Assembly (NCBI GenBank): GCA_040326155.1
Contig: JBEQLE010000029.1
Span: forward strand, 1 to 40,160
DNA from: Leptospirales bacterium
GTDB taxonomy: Bacteria; Spirochaetota; Leptospiria; Turneriellales; JAOUFE01
Reading direction: 5' to 3'
DNA: 40,160 nucleotides
Positions 19,593 through 29,375 of the stretch are shown in pieces (within the stretch, counting starts at the first letter, position 1; each line of letters opens with the position of its first letter). The notes under the pieces are model-generated. The model did no database searches, was not told the DNA's origin, and worked only from the letters and a program-made list of their open reading frames with translations. A program made the position numbers and the translations under genes.

Positions 19593-20423
19593 ATGAATAA
19601 ACGGTTTTTAGTGGCGTTATTGTGCCTTGTCATCTTTCAAGCTCAATGCGCCAGTGGTTCAGCGAAGTTATTTAAAACTCCCGAAATTGAATACGAAGGT
19701 TTTAAAGTAAAGCATATCGATTTTTCAGGCGCAACGCTTGAATTTTACCTTGGTGTAGTAAATAACAACAGATTTGGCGTAAAACTTGCCGGAATGCAAC
19801 ATCGATTCTCCATGGAAGAAGAAGAAATCTTCGTAAGCGAGATGGATGATAAAATTCATATAAAACCGAAAGATCGCACCATCGTTAAAATACCCATCAA
19901 AGTTAGTTTTAAAGAATTTAAAAAAGGAATCGGATATATAATTGAAACTCGCAGGCTTCCCTATCGAATTAACTCGATTATTACCTTCGATACCGCTTTT
20001 GGTGAAATTCCGGTTAAAATAAAAAAAGAGGGTGAGCTGGAGTTTCCTGCTCCGCCGGATATTACCGTTGAAGATGTAGACCTCGATAAAATGACGATCA
20101 AACAAATAAAGTTGATCTTTTCTTTGAGGTTGGAAAATAACGATGAAGTGAATTTAAAGATTAAAAGTATGAATTACGCTATTCGTTTAAATGGTACGCC
20201 AATTTCTGACGGAGAAATTTCAAGTTTTTCCGAAAAACGCCGATCAAAAACACTCAACATTACAATTCCTGTGACTATTGAAATGAGAAATTTAAAACGT
20301 TCTATTATTAAAGTAATTGCAAGTGGAAAAATCGATTACCAGATGTTGTTCAATTTGAATATGAAATCAGAATACGGTGATTACATTATCGCCATTGAAA
20401 AATCGGGAACAGCCAAGCTTTAA
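19593..20423 (+). CDS. LEA type 2 (two WHy domains) probable lipoprotein
   Basis: Signal peptide ending QAQ-C; repeated 'P.I....(V/L)..(I/M)......F.L...N.N...(V/L)......(H/Y)' WHy-like units. Confidence 0.8.
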   Translation: MNKRFLVALLCLVIFQAQCASGSAKLFKTPEIEYEGFKVKHIDFSGATLEFYLGVVNNNRFGVKLAGMQHRFSMEEEEIFVSEMDDKIHIKPKDRTIVKIPIKVSFKEFKKGIGYIIETRRLPYRINSIITFDTAFGEIPVKIKKEGELEFPAPPDITVEDVDLDKMTIKQIKLIFSLRLENNDEVNLKIKSMNYAIRLNGTPISDGEISSFSEKRRSKTLNITIPVTIEMRNLKRSIIKVIASGKIDYQMLFNLNMKSEYGDYIIAIEKSGTAKL

Positions 20424-20450
20424 CCCGGTTACATTCTATTGCATCAGCAA

Positions 20451-22265
20451 TTAATCGGAACCGCTTTTTAGAACCGATAAGAAGGCTTCTTGTGGAATTT
20501 CGACAGAGCCGATCATCTTCATCCGTTTTTTCCCTTCTTTTTGTTTTTCTAACAGCTTTTTCTTTCTTGTAATATCGCCACCGTAACATTTGGCCGTTAC
20601 GTTTTTACGAAGAGCAGAAATATTTTCTCTGGCAATTACCTTCGTACCAATGGCCGCTTGAATTGGAATCTGGAACTGGTGTTTTTTAATCAGCTTTTTT
20701 AATTGGGCAATAATATCACGACCACGCGAGTCTGACGAAGAACGGTGAACGATCATCGAAAGTGCGTCGACTTTATTATTATGAACCACAATATCCATTT
20801 TTACAAGATCGCTTTTTCGATATTCAGAAAATTCATAATCCATACTGGCATAACCTTTCGAAGCGCTTTTCAGGCGATCATAAAATTCAAAGATCATTTC
20901 GGCAAGTGGCAACAGATAGACAATTTGAACCGTAGTCGACTCTATGTAACTCATCGACACATTTTCACCGCGTTTTTCCTGTAACAGTTTTATTATGTTC
21001 CCCATATATTCAGAAGGGGTAATAATACTGATTTTTACATAGGGCTCTTCAATGGCTTCTATTTGACCGGGGTCGGGAAAAAGATTGGGGTTATCGACCT
21101 TTACCGCTCCGGATTGCGTAATCACCTGGTACTCCACCGAAGGCGCCGTTGTAATCAGGTTCAGGCCAAACTCTCTTTCGAGTCTTTCTTGAACAATTTC
21201 CAGGTGTAAAAGACCCAGATAGCCGACCCGGTAACCAAAACCCAGGGCGTCAGAACTTTCGGGTTCAAAAATAAGTGCGGCGTCATTCAAGGCGAGTTTT
21301 TCCATTGCCTCTTTCAGGTTTTCATAATCTTCAGAATTCACCGGATAAAGCCCCGAAAATACCATCGGTTTTACATCGCGGTATTTAATCCAGGGTTCGT
21401 CTGCGGGCTCTTTTTCAAGTGTAATTGTATCACCCAGCATAATATCAGAAACTGTTTTTACACCCGTAATCATGTAACCAACCTCGCCCGATTCCAGTTT
21501 TTCCAACGGTATCAGACTAAGCTGAGAAATACCCAGCTCGTTTACATTTTGCAGGGTATCTTTTCTCATGAATTTTATACGATCGTTTTTATGTAAAACA
21601 CCCTCAAACACTCTAAGTTTAGCAACAACACCCCGGTAAGCGTCAAAATAAGCGTCAAAAATAAGAGCCCGTAGTCGTTCTTTCGATTGTATTTTCGGCG
21701 CGGGAATGATTTTTACAATAGCTTCCATAAGGTCTTCTACGCCCAGCCCGGTTTTAGCTGAAACAGGAACCGCATCATTGGGGTCAAGCCCCAGACTTTT
21801 TTCAATTTGCGCTTTGACTTTTTCAATATCAGCGGAAGGTAAATCGACCTTGTTCACGACCGGTAAAATCATCAGGTCTGACTCCAGCGCCAGATAAAAA
21901 TTGGCGATGGTTTGCGCCTGAATTCCCTGGGTAGCGTCCACCAGCAAAAGCACGCCTTCGCAGGCTGCAAGAGAGCGGGTAACTTCAAAAGTAAAATCGA
22001 CATGGCCGGGAGTATCGATCAGGTTAAACAGATACTCATTTCCGTCTTTCGATTGAAACGTAAAAGTCACAGAGTTCGACTTTATGGTAATTCCTCTTTC
22101 ACGTTCAATATCCATACTGTCTAGTATCTGGTCTTTCTGGGTGCGATTATTCGTTACCTCCGAAAGCTCCAATAGACGGTCGGCCAGGGTAGATTTACCA
22201 TGGTCAATATGAGCGATAATAGAAAAATTTCGTATATTTTTTGTGGGGATGTCTTTATATGCCAT
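20451..22265 (-). CDS. lepA: Elongation factor 4 (LepA)
   Basis: [65 protein letters not shown]. Confidence 0.98.
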   Translation of the reverse strand: MAYKDIPTKNIRNFSIIAHIDHGKSTLADRLLELSEVTNNRTQKDQILDSMDIERERGITIKSNSVTFTFQSKDGNEYLFNLIDTPGHVDFTFEVTRSLAACEGVLLLVDATQGIQAQTIANFYLALESDLMILPVVNKVDLPSADIEKVKAQIEKSLGLDPNDAVPVSAKTGLGVEDLMEAIVKIIPAPKIQSKERLRALIFDAYFDAYRGVVAKLRVFEGVLHKNDRIKFMRKDTLQNVNELGISQLSLIPLEKLESGEVGYMITGVKTVSDIMLGDTITLEKEPADEPWIKYRDVKPMVFSGLYPVNSEDYENLKEAMEKLALNDAALIFEPESSDALGFGYRVGYLGLLHLEIVQERLEREFGLNLITTAPSVEYQVITQSGAVKVDNPNLFPDPGQIEAIEEPYVKISIITPSEYMGNIIKLLQEKRGENVSMSYIESTTVQIVYLLPLAEMIFEFYDRLKSASKGYASMDYEFSEYRKSDLVKMDIVVHNNKVDALSMIVHRSSSDSRGRDIIAQLKKLIKKHQFQIPIQAAIGTKVIARENISALRKNVTAKCYGGDITRKKKLLEKQKEGKKRMKMIGSVEIPQEAFLSVLKSGSD

Positions 22266-22281
22266 TGTGTTTCCTGGGGAA

Positions 22282-23112
22282 TTACCAACCTAAAATAACT
22301 TTTTCCATACTGTAAATTGTATTTCCAAAAAAAAGTTTTTCCATATCTGCAAGCGACTCAGTGATGTCAGATACGTAAATTGATATTTTACCTTCCGTAG
22401 TATTTTCATTCTTAAGATTTTTTTCTTCGAGTAAAACTTGAAGTGAACCTGCCGCTTCAAGCGACGAATCAATTAAAGTCAAATTGGGATATAACTTTTT
22501 TATAGATTCTTTTATAAGAGGGTAGTGGGTACAACCCAATATTACGTGTTCGATATTTTCTCGCAAAATTTCATCGAGGTATTCTCGAATAATCAGTTCG
22601 GCGGCCTTTTTTTCGGCCATACCTTCTTCAATGAGTGGTACAAGCAGTGGGCAAGCCTTAGCGTATAAAGAGAGTCCCGGTTGTATTAGTTTGCTTTTTA
22701 ACTGGTAGGCCTGACTTTTAATCGTAGAGCGGGTGGCTATAACGGCCGCCTGCGTTACGTCGGGATGTTGTTTTACGAGAGCTTGAATACCGGGTTCGAC
22801 AACGCCTATCACCGACAGGTCTGTTTTTTTTCGTAAAATTTCAATTGCGTATGCAGAAGCCGTATTGCATGCAACGATAACTATTTTCACATTTTTTGAG
22901 ACCAAAAATTCAAGAATTTCTTCGGAATAACGTATAACAGTATCGCGGCTTTTTGAACCGTAGGGAACCCTCGCCGTATCGCCAAAATAAATAAGATCTT
23001 CAGAGGGCAACAGTTCGTGAATAGCCGAGAGTACGGTTAAACCGCCTAACCCACTGTCGAAAACCCCAATAGGTTGAGTTGCGGCTATGCTCGCATCATT
23101 ACTGGTTGCCAT
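22282..23112 (-). CDS. murI: Glutamate racemase
   Basis: [36 protein letters not shown]; start overlaps the lysC stop. Confidence 0.97.
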   Translation of the reverse strand: MATSNDASIAATQPIGVFDSGLGGLTVLSAIHELLPSEDLIYFGDTARVPYGSKSRDTVIRYSEEILEFLVSKNVKIVIVACNTASAYAIEILRKKTDLSVIGVVEPGIQALVKQHPDVTQAAVIATRSTIKSQAYQLKSKLIQPGLSLYAKACPLLVPLIEEGMAEKKAAELIIREYLDEILRENIEHVILGCTHYPLIKESIKKLYPNLTLIDSSLEAAGSLQVLLEEKNLKNENTTEGKISIYVSDITESLADMEKLFFGNTIYSMEKVILGW

Positions 23113-24337
23113 TGGTTTTGTCCAGGCCGAAAACTTGATGAAGAATTCTTAGTGCTCGTTCACCTTCTTTTTTTTCAATAACACAAGAGATCTTAATCTC
23201 GCTTGTGGCGATCATTTCAATGTTAATACCTTCCGAGGCAAACGCAGTGAACATTTTCGCAGCAATACCTTCGTGAGACTTCATGCCTACGCCGACTGCC
23301 GAAACAATGGAGATCTCTTCTTCAATCGACACAGTTCCGTCTCCCCAGCTTTTCACCAAAAGGTTGAGCTGGTTGGTCGCCGCTTCTAAATCACTTTTTA
23401 AAATGGTAAATGAAATTGTGTTCACTTTATTCTGGCCGGTCGACTGGACGATCATATCGACATTAATTTTACCTTTTGAGAGGGCGTCAAAAAGTTCCGC
23501 AGCAATTCCTGGACGGTCGGGAACATCCGATACACTGATTCTCGATTCATCGTCTTTAAGTGAAACTCCGGTAACTAATAATTTCTCCATAATTTGCTCC
23601 TCAGGTACAACTAATGTACCTTCTGTAAAATGAAAACTTGAGCGCACGTGAAGTATAACGCCATATTTTTTAGCAAACTCTACCGAGCGTGAATGTAAAA
23701 CACCAGTACCAAGAGAGGCCATCTCCAGCATTTCGTCGTAACTGATCTGTGACTTTTTTTTCGCTTCCGGTACTTTGTTTGGGTCGGCTGTATACACGCC
23801 GTCAACATCGGTATAAATTTCACATTGTTCTGCGTTCATCGACGCCGAAAGAGCTACAGCGGAAGTATCAGAACCGCCTCGTCCGAGTGTAGTAATATTT
23901 TGCTCCGGGTCTATCCCTTGAAAACCTGCAACAATACAAACGATATTATTGTTAAGGGCTTTTTCGAGTGTTTCCGTTTGAATTTTTGCAATTCGCGCAT
24001 TAGAGTGGTTTCCATCAGTAATAATACGAACCTGGGCGCCAGTAAAACTTTGTGCTTTTACCCCTATCGAGTGTAAAGCCATCGCTAATAGAGCAATGGA
24101 GACTTGTTCACCGGTAGATAATAGCATATCCATCTCTCGCTTATGCGGTGAAGCCGAGACCTCTTCGGACAGGCGAACGAGATTATTGGTAGATTTACCC
24201 ATCGCAGAAACGACTACAACAAGATGCTTGCCGCGTTCATGGTATCCTTTAATTCTTTCAGCGACATTTTTAATTCTGTTCGTATCGCCAACAGAAGAAC
24301 CTCCATATTTTTGCACAATTAGATCTTTCACAACCAA
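23099..24337 (-). CDS. lysC: Aspartate kinase
   Basis: [41 protein letters not shown], two ACT domains, TSEIKIS. Start is TTG 24337 or GTG 24331. Confidence 0.96.
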   Translation of the reverse strand: MVVKDLIVQKYGGSSVGDTNRIKNVAERIKGYHERGKHLVVVVSAMGKSTNNLVRLSEEVSASPHKREMDMLLSTGEQVSIALLAMALHSIGVKAQSFTGAQVRIITDGNHSNARIAKIQTETLEKALNNNIVCIVAGFQGIDPEQNITTLGRGGSDTSAVALSASMNAEQCEIYTDVDGVYTADPNKVPEAKKKSQISYDEMLEMASLGTGVLHSRSVEFAKKYGVILHVRSSFHFTEGTLVVPEEQIMEKLLVTGVSLKDDESRISVSDVPDRPGIAAELFDALSKGKINVDMIVQSTGQNKVNTISFTILKSDLEAATNQLNLLVKSWGDGTVSIEEEISIVSAVGVGMKSHEGIAAKMFTAFASEGINIEMIATSEIKISCVIEKKEGERALRILHQVFGLDKTNGNQ

Positions 24338-24603
24338 CTCTCTATGCTAACAATGAGATTCGAGACAAAGCGTCAATTCTTGTAAATAATCATTTGAAAG
24401 GGGGCGGATAAAGATCCTTCCGCTCGACTGGCGTTCTCGCTTAACCCCCCGGAACTGTTACCTGTAAACTTTTAACCTGATATTTTGCAGCCATACGATT
24501 GTTCGAAGCGGTCGAAAAAGGATCGGTTGGTAGAGAGCTATTTTAATTTGCTAAAACATACAATTGCAATATTTTAAATAAATTCAAATCTTACATAATT
24601 TTG

Positions 24604-24631
24604 TTGACAAAGAATAGGCACTAATTATACT
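24604..24631 (+). promoter_or_regulatory. Sigma70-type promoter of the SIR2-TIR/STAND operon
   Basis: TTGACA(24604-24609)-N16-TATACT(24626-24631), with an AT-rich upstream tract, about 60 nt before the GAGG RBS and ATG 24694. Confidence 0.7.
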
Positions 24632-24693
24632 GATGAAGTAGCAAACCGAACAAAATTGATAACTTATCATAAAATATTTACCCGAGGTTGTGT

Positions 24694-26088
24694 ATGAGTA
24701 AAGACAGTATTAACCAATGGGATGATGACTATTGGGATGAAATCGTTTTCAATATTGCAGAAGGGAATTGTATTTTGATGCTTGGACCTGACGCGTCGCT
24801 TGAAAAATCGGGTTCAAAAACCATACCGATTTCGAAGCTACTATCGCTGGAACTTGCGAAACAAAGTGTAATCAAAAGTACAATTCAAAAGTGGAAAATA
24901 AAACCTGACAATTTAACTCAGGTGTCTCTGGCATATACCCTGGAACGAAAAGCGGGAAAAAGCAAACTTTTGCAAAAAGTTCAGGCATTTTATAAAGAAC
25001 GCACAAATAATACAAATGAAGTTTACACCCACCTTGCAGAACTTCCCTTTCCTCTTACCGTCACCACCACACCCGACAAAATGTTTTCAAACTCTCTAAG
25101 AAAATCCGGTAAAAAACCATACGAAGAGTTTTATAATTATAAAGGTGAAGAAACCGATATTCCATATGATTATAGCGTAGAAAATCCGTTGGTGTATAAC
25201 CTGTATGGCAGCGTTGAAGATTCACATTCTTTAATTCTTACGGAAGATGATGTTCTTGATTTTCTGGTTTCTATAACCGATAAAACCCCATCTGTGCCAA
25301 GCGAAATTTTAACGGAACTCAGAAATAATGAAAAAACTATTTTATTTGTTGGCTTTGGTTTCGAAAACTGGTATTTGCGAATACTATTGAGAATACTGCA
25401 AATTGAAAATAAAGAGAGTCCTTCGTATGCACTCGAACATTTGAATTCAGATAATATTGATAATCTTCATAATATGATTATATATTACGGCCACAGTAAC
25501 TTTAAAATTCAAGTATGTAATTACGATATAAATAAATTTGCAATGGAGTTACAAAAAAGATTTGCCAAAGCTCACCCCGAAAAAATGGCCGGGTTTAAAT
25601 CGCCGGAAGAGGCTGAAGATATCGAACCGGTAAAAAAAAGGAAGTCGAAAGGCGCAATAAGCGCAAACGTATTTATCAGCTATGCCAGCGAAGATGAAAA
25701 AATTGCAAAAAAAGTTCACGACGAATTGAAAAAAGTCGGGGCGAACCCCTGGTGGGACAAGAAAAAACTCAGAGGTGGAGACGACTGGGATTCCATGATC
25801 GAAAGTCGCCTCGATGATGCTGATTACATGGTCCTTATTGTCAGTGATAATCTGCATAAAAAAATCGCCGATAAAAGTTATGTTGTAAAAGAGATTAATC
25901 AGGCTATAGATGGAAAGCAGCTGCAAACCATGGATCCAGAAAAGTTTATTATACCGGCTACTGTTAACGAGGCTAAACACCTTCCCTCTTTAAAAAAGAT
26001 ACAAGCGGTTGCTATTGGCGATGGCAAAGATGTAAAGTCTCTAATTTCAGTCATTACCGACGACATTAAACGGAGACAAAATGGTTGA
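24694..26088 (+). CDS. Degenerate SIR2-like (SIR2_2) domain fused to C-terminal TIR domain
   Basis: Sirtuin-like Rossmann motifs LMLGPD, VTTTPD, YNLYGS, LILTEDD..DFL, LFVGFGF..W.LR.L. TIR motifs VFISYASED, PWWDKKKLRGGDDW, YVVKEINQA, FIIP. Confidence 0.85.
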   Translation: MSKDSINQWDDDYWDEIVFNIAEGNCILMLGPDASLEKSGSKTIPISKLLSLELAKQSVIKSTIQKWKIKPDNLTQVSLAYTLERKAGKSKLLQKVQAFYKERTNNTNEVYTHLAELPFPLTVTTTPDKMFSNSLRKSGKKPYEEFYNYKGEETDIPYDYSVENPLVYNLYGSVEDSHSLILTEDDVLDFLVSITDKTPSVPSEILTELRNNEKTILFVGFGFENWYLRILLRILQIENKESPSYALEHLNSDNIDNLHNMIIYYGHSNFKIQVCNYDINKFAMELQKRFAKAHPEKMAGFKSPEEAEDIEPVKKRKSKGAISANVFISYASEDEKIAKKVHDELKKVGANPWWDKKKLRGGDDWDSMIESRLDDADYMVLIVSDNLHKKIADKSYVVKEINQAIDGKQLQTMDPEKFIIPATVNEAKHLPSLKKIQAVAIGDGKDVKSLISVITDDIKRRQNG

Positions 26089-29000
26089 ACCGAATAACAT
26101 AGAAAAGCATTTTCGCTACCGGGGGCCGTTGCCTTATCAGGATCGTGAAGTGGACCGATCTATGTTTTTTGGCCGTGAGCGCGAAACAAAAAAATTGCTC
26201 AGCCTTGTCTTATCGGAACGACTGACTGTTCTTTTTGCAAAATCGGGTCTGGGTAAAACTTCTTTAATAAACGCCGGGCTAATGGACACCTTGCGTAGTA
26301 AAAAATACTTTCCCGTACGTGTTACATTCAACGCTGAAAAGATTGGTTTAACAGAGTCGGTATTGCAGGCTATAGAAGAAAAAGCATTGCAAACCGGTGT
26401 TAAAATAAAGTCCCCCAAAAAAGCTGACCGAACAAACCTCTGGAGTTATTTTGCCCATACGGAGTTTTTGTTTGAGAAAAAAAAAGTTACCCCGCTTCTA
26501 ATACTCGACCAATTTGAAGAAATTTTCACATTGTATACAAGAGAACAGACCGGGCAATTTATTGAGCAAATTGCTCCCATTATACGCAACATAGCGCCAG
26601 AACGCTCTTCAAAGGGGAAGCGAAAAAGCTCTACTGACGCTTATGCAAAAATTAAAATTAAAATTTTAATTGGAATTCGCGAAGATTATTTAGCCGAGCT
26701 TGAAGGTATTGCAAAAAAGGTTCCTCAAATATTGCGAAACCGTTACCGACTGCTACCTTTGAATCGAATTAGCGCGAAAATGGCCATTGAAAACCCCGTT
26801 GAAAAAGAGGGTAATTTTTACTCACGCACTTCCAAATACTCGCCAGAGGCGATAGATAAAATTCTGAATTTTTTAAGCGCTGGTGACCCGCAAGACGAAG
26901 AGACCCGAGATGAAGATACAACCATTGAACCGGCCCAGTTGCAGTTGGTATGCCAGAGCATTGAAAACCAAATTATTGAACGCGACGAAAACGAAAATAA
27001 TATTATCAGTAAAGAGGATCTTGGCGGTACAAAGGGGCTGCAAAAAATCATTAAGAGTTATTATAATAACAAAATCAATAAAATAACACCCAGCAGCGAA
27101 AGGTCCAAAGCCAGAAAACTTTTTAAAAAAGGGCTAATCAGCAGCAAGAATAACCGGGTGAGCCTGGCCGCTTCCACCATTATCGACTCTTACCGACTTT
27201 CGGAAGCAACTTTGGAAAAGCTGGTTGATGCGAGACTGCTTCGTTCTGAATCACGAAATAAGATAACCTACTATGAAATACCACACGATACGTTGGTCGG
27301 CCCCATTCGCCAGCTGCAAAAAGAGAGAGACCTTATTATATTTCCAATTTATATCGCTATACCGGTGGTCTTAATGCTTTCGGTGGGTGTACTTAAAGGT
27401 CCGTTAATGGCATTCTTTTATGAATTTGAAATGGATAAAGCATTAATTGATTGTTGTGTTGAAGGAGTGATACTACCAGGAAAAATGAAAAATGGGGAAA
27501 CTATAAGTGGAAGGAAAATTAAACGAAAAAAATACGATGATTTTATTGAATCAGCGATTAATGCAGATAGGGGTGATAAAGTTCTTGAAGAGTACAATGA
27601 TTTAATAAATATGAAAGGTTTAATCGAACAAGTCGAGTGGGTTTTTAACTTTACTAAATTCTCAATTATATCAAGAGGCGATACCGAATTACTCAGCAAA
27701 ATTCGTGAGATTACGGCAGATCACTATGTGGAGAATCCTACAAAAGGCAATCCAATATTCTTATATCAATTAGCTAAAGAATTACATGATAATGAACAAT
27801 TTGAAAAAGCAAGGGAAGTATTCCTATTAGTACTTGAATCAAAAAGTGGGTTTGATACGAATTATTTGTATGCAGAAGCAAATTATTTTCTTGGTGATAT
27901 GTTAGCTATAGATGGGAAATGCAATGCGGCAAAAGCATATTTTGACAAGGTCAACCAGTTAAATAATGCAACTGGACGCGATACCGAATTAATTCATACA
28001 AAATGTTTGGAAACAAAACAAGAAAGGTCAGAAACCTATGTGGAAAAAAAGAAAGACGTGGAACTGGGAGTTGAACCTATTGAGATAAAGCCGCCTGAAG
28101 AAGTGTTGCTTGAAAACAAGGGTATTGAACACGCTGTAGAACTGATGCATAACGGGGAGCTTAATGAAGCAATAGATGAGTTTAAAAAATATATCAAGGA
28201 GAATTCTGACTCGGCCTGGGGGCATTATTATCTTGGTGCTCTTGCTGGTAATGATGGAGAGTATAAAAAAGCAATCGTGTATTTGAATACGGCGATTCAG
28301 ATTATGAATAAAGATCCTAAACAGGAAATTGATGATACAATTGCTAGAAAAAGAAGGGCGTATTATTATTTAAAGGATGAAAATTATCATAGAGCCATTA
28401 AAGACTATAAAATACTGTTAAAGAAATACCCTTTGGTTGGTGTGCAATATGCAGTACAGATTGCATATTGTTATGAGAGACTGGGTGAGAGGAAAAAAGC
28501 TATTCCATATTATGATCAGGCTATATCAATGGACAAACACAACCCTCAAACATATTACAAGCATGCCCGTCTTTCGCGTCAATTGGGATATCGAAAAGAT
28601 GCTACATATAATTATAAAAAAGCAATTGAAATTAAACCTGACTACTTTGAAGCAGTTTTTGAATTGGCGGAAATATACCGGGACAATGCAAATTTTACCA
28701 ACGCTATAAAGTATTACAAACTTGCTTACGATATAGAAAATAAATTATTTTTGAAATCTCGTCTTGCAGAAATGCACCGTTTGTATGCAAGAGAGTTGTA
28801 TGTAAAAATGGAATACAACGATGCTCGTACTCATTATGAAAAGGCTTTGAAGTATTATCGGTACGATAAACCATCACTTGATGGGTTGGCGGCTATGCAT
28901 TATGAAGGAAAAGATACCAGTCAGAGTTATGAAGAAGCATTTAAATTATATTCTAGATCGGCAGACCTGGGCAGTTCCACCGGCCAATATTACCTGGGTA

Positions 29001-29206
29001 TAATGTACTTGAATGGGTGGGGAACAAGTAAATCTTTAAAGCTTGCTCATGAATATTTCTCTAGAGCGGCGAAGCAGGGGCATAAAGAAGCCGCCAAAAA
29101 AAGGGATGAAGTTAAAAGCAAACTTGATAAACAAGAACGGCAAAAAAAGACCGGAGAAAATTCAGGTAATCTCGAGCTAGAAGGTGTTGGCGGCGCGGCT
29201 CCGTAA
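26081..29206 (+). CDS. nSTAND1-type P-loop NTPase with transmembrane helix, TPR array and Sel1 repeats
   Basis: FFGRERE, Walker A AKSGLGKTSL, Walker B LILDQFEEIF, LIGIREDYL, LQLVC, YEIPHDTL; TM segment LIIFPIYIAIPVVLMLSVGVL; multiple TPRs; Sel1 repeats (GQYYLGIMYLNGWG...AAKQG). Confidence 0.88.
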   Translation: MVEPNNIEKHFRYRGPLPYQDREVDRSMFFGRERETKKLLSLVLSERLTVLFAKSGLGKTSLINAGLMDTLRSKKYFPVRVTFNAEKIGLTESVLQAIEEKALQTGVKIKSPKKADRTNLWSYFAHTEFLFEKKKVTPLLILDQFEEIFTLYTREQTGQFIEQIAPIIRNIAPERSSKGKRKSSTDAYAKIKIKILIGIREDYLAELEGIAKKVPQILRNRYRLLPLNRISAKMAIENPVEKEGNFYSRTSKYSPEAIDKILNFLSAGDPQDEETRDEDTTIEPAQLQLVCQSIENQIIERDENENNIISKEDLGGTKGLQKIIKSYYNNKINKITPSSERSKARKLFKKGLISSKNNRVSLAASTIIDSYRLSEATLEKLVDARLLRSESRNKITYYEIPHDTLVGPIRQLQKERDLIIFPIYIAIPVVLMLSVGVLKGPLMAFFYEFEMDKALIDCCVEGVILPGKMKNGETISGRKIKRKKYDDFIESAINADRGDKVLEEYNDLINMKGLIEQVEWVFNFTKFSIISRGDTELLSKIREITADHYVENPTKGNPIFLYQLAKELHDNEQFEKAREVFLLVLESKSGFDTNYLYAEANYFLGDMLAIDGKCNAAKAYFDKVNQLNNATGRDTELIHTKCLETKQERSETYVEKKKDVELGVEPIEIKPPEEVLLENKGIEHAVELMHNGELNEAIDEFKKYIKENSDSAWGHYYLGALAGNDGEYKKAIVYLNTAIQIMNKDPKQEIDDTIARKRRAYYYLKDENYHRAIKDYKILLKKYPLVGVQYAVQIAYCYERLGERKKAIPYYDQAISMDKHNPQTYYKHARLSRQLGYRKDATYNYKKAIEIKPDYFEAVFELAEIYRDNANFTNAIKYYKLAYDIENKLFLKSRLAEMHRLYARELYVKMEYNDARTHYEKALKYYRYDKPSLDGLAAMHYEGKDTSQSYEEAFKLYSRSADLGSSTGQYYLGIMYLNGWGTSKSLKLAHEYFSRAAKQGHKEAAKKRDEVKSKLDKQERQKKTGENSGNLELEGVGGAAP

Positions 29207-29375
29207 TGTTGCTAATGTTCCGTTAAAGAGATACTCTCAGGAATCGCTTTAGAATCTTTCGCTAGTCAACCGCAGTTCAATTTTCTGCATTTGAATAAAA
29301 CCTCTCGTTTTTAGCTTGGCAGCTGATAATCGTTGTTAAGTATCGCTTTATCTGCGAAATTTTTCTGGTAAAAAT

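Noticed and set aside
24340..24600. Canonical lysine riboswitch upstream of lysC
   Set aside because: Consensus elements (5' AGAGGUGC, kissing-loop and kink-turn motifs) were not found on the minus strand.
24694..26088. Thoeris (ThsA/ThsB) or SPARTA/SPARSA assignment
   Set aside because: No SLOG/Macro domain and no APAZ/Argonaute; the SIR2 is degenerate and fused to TIR; the partner is a STAND NTPase.
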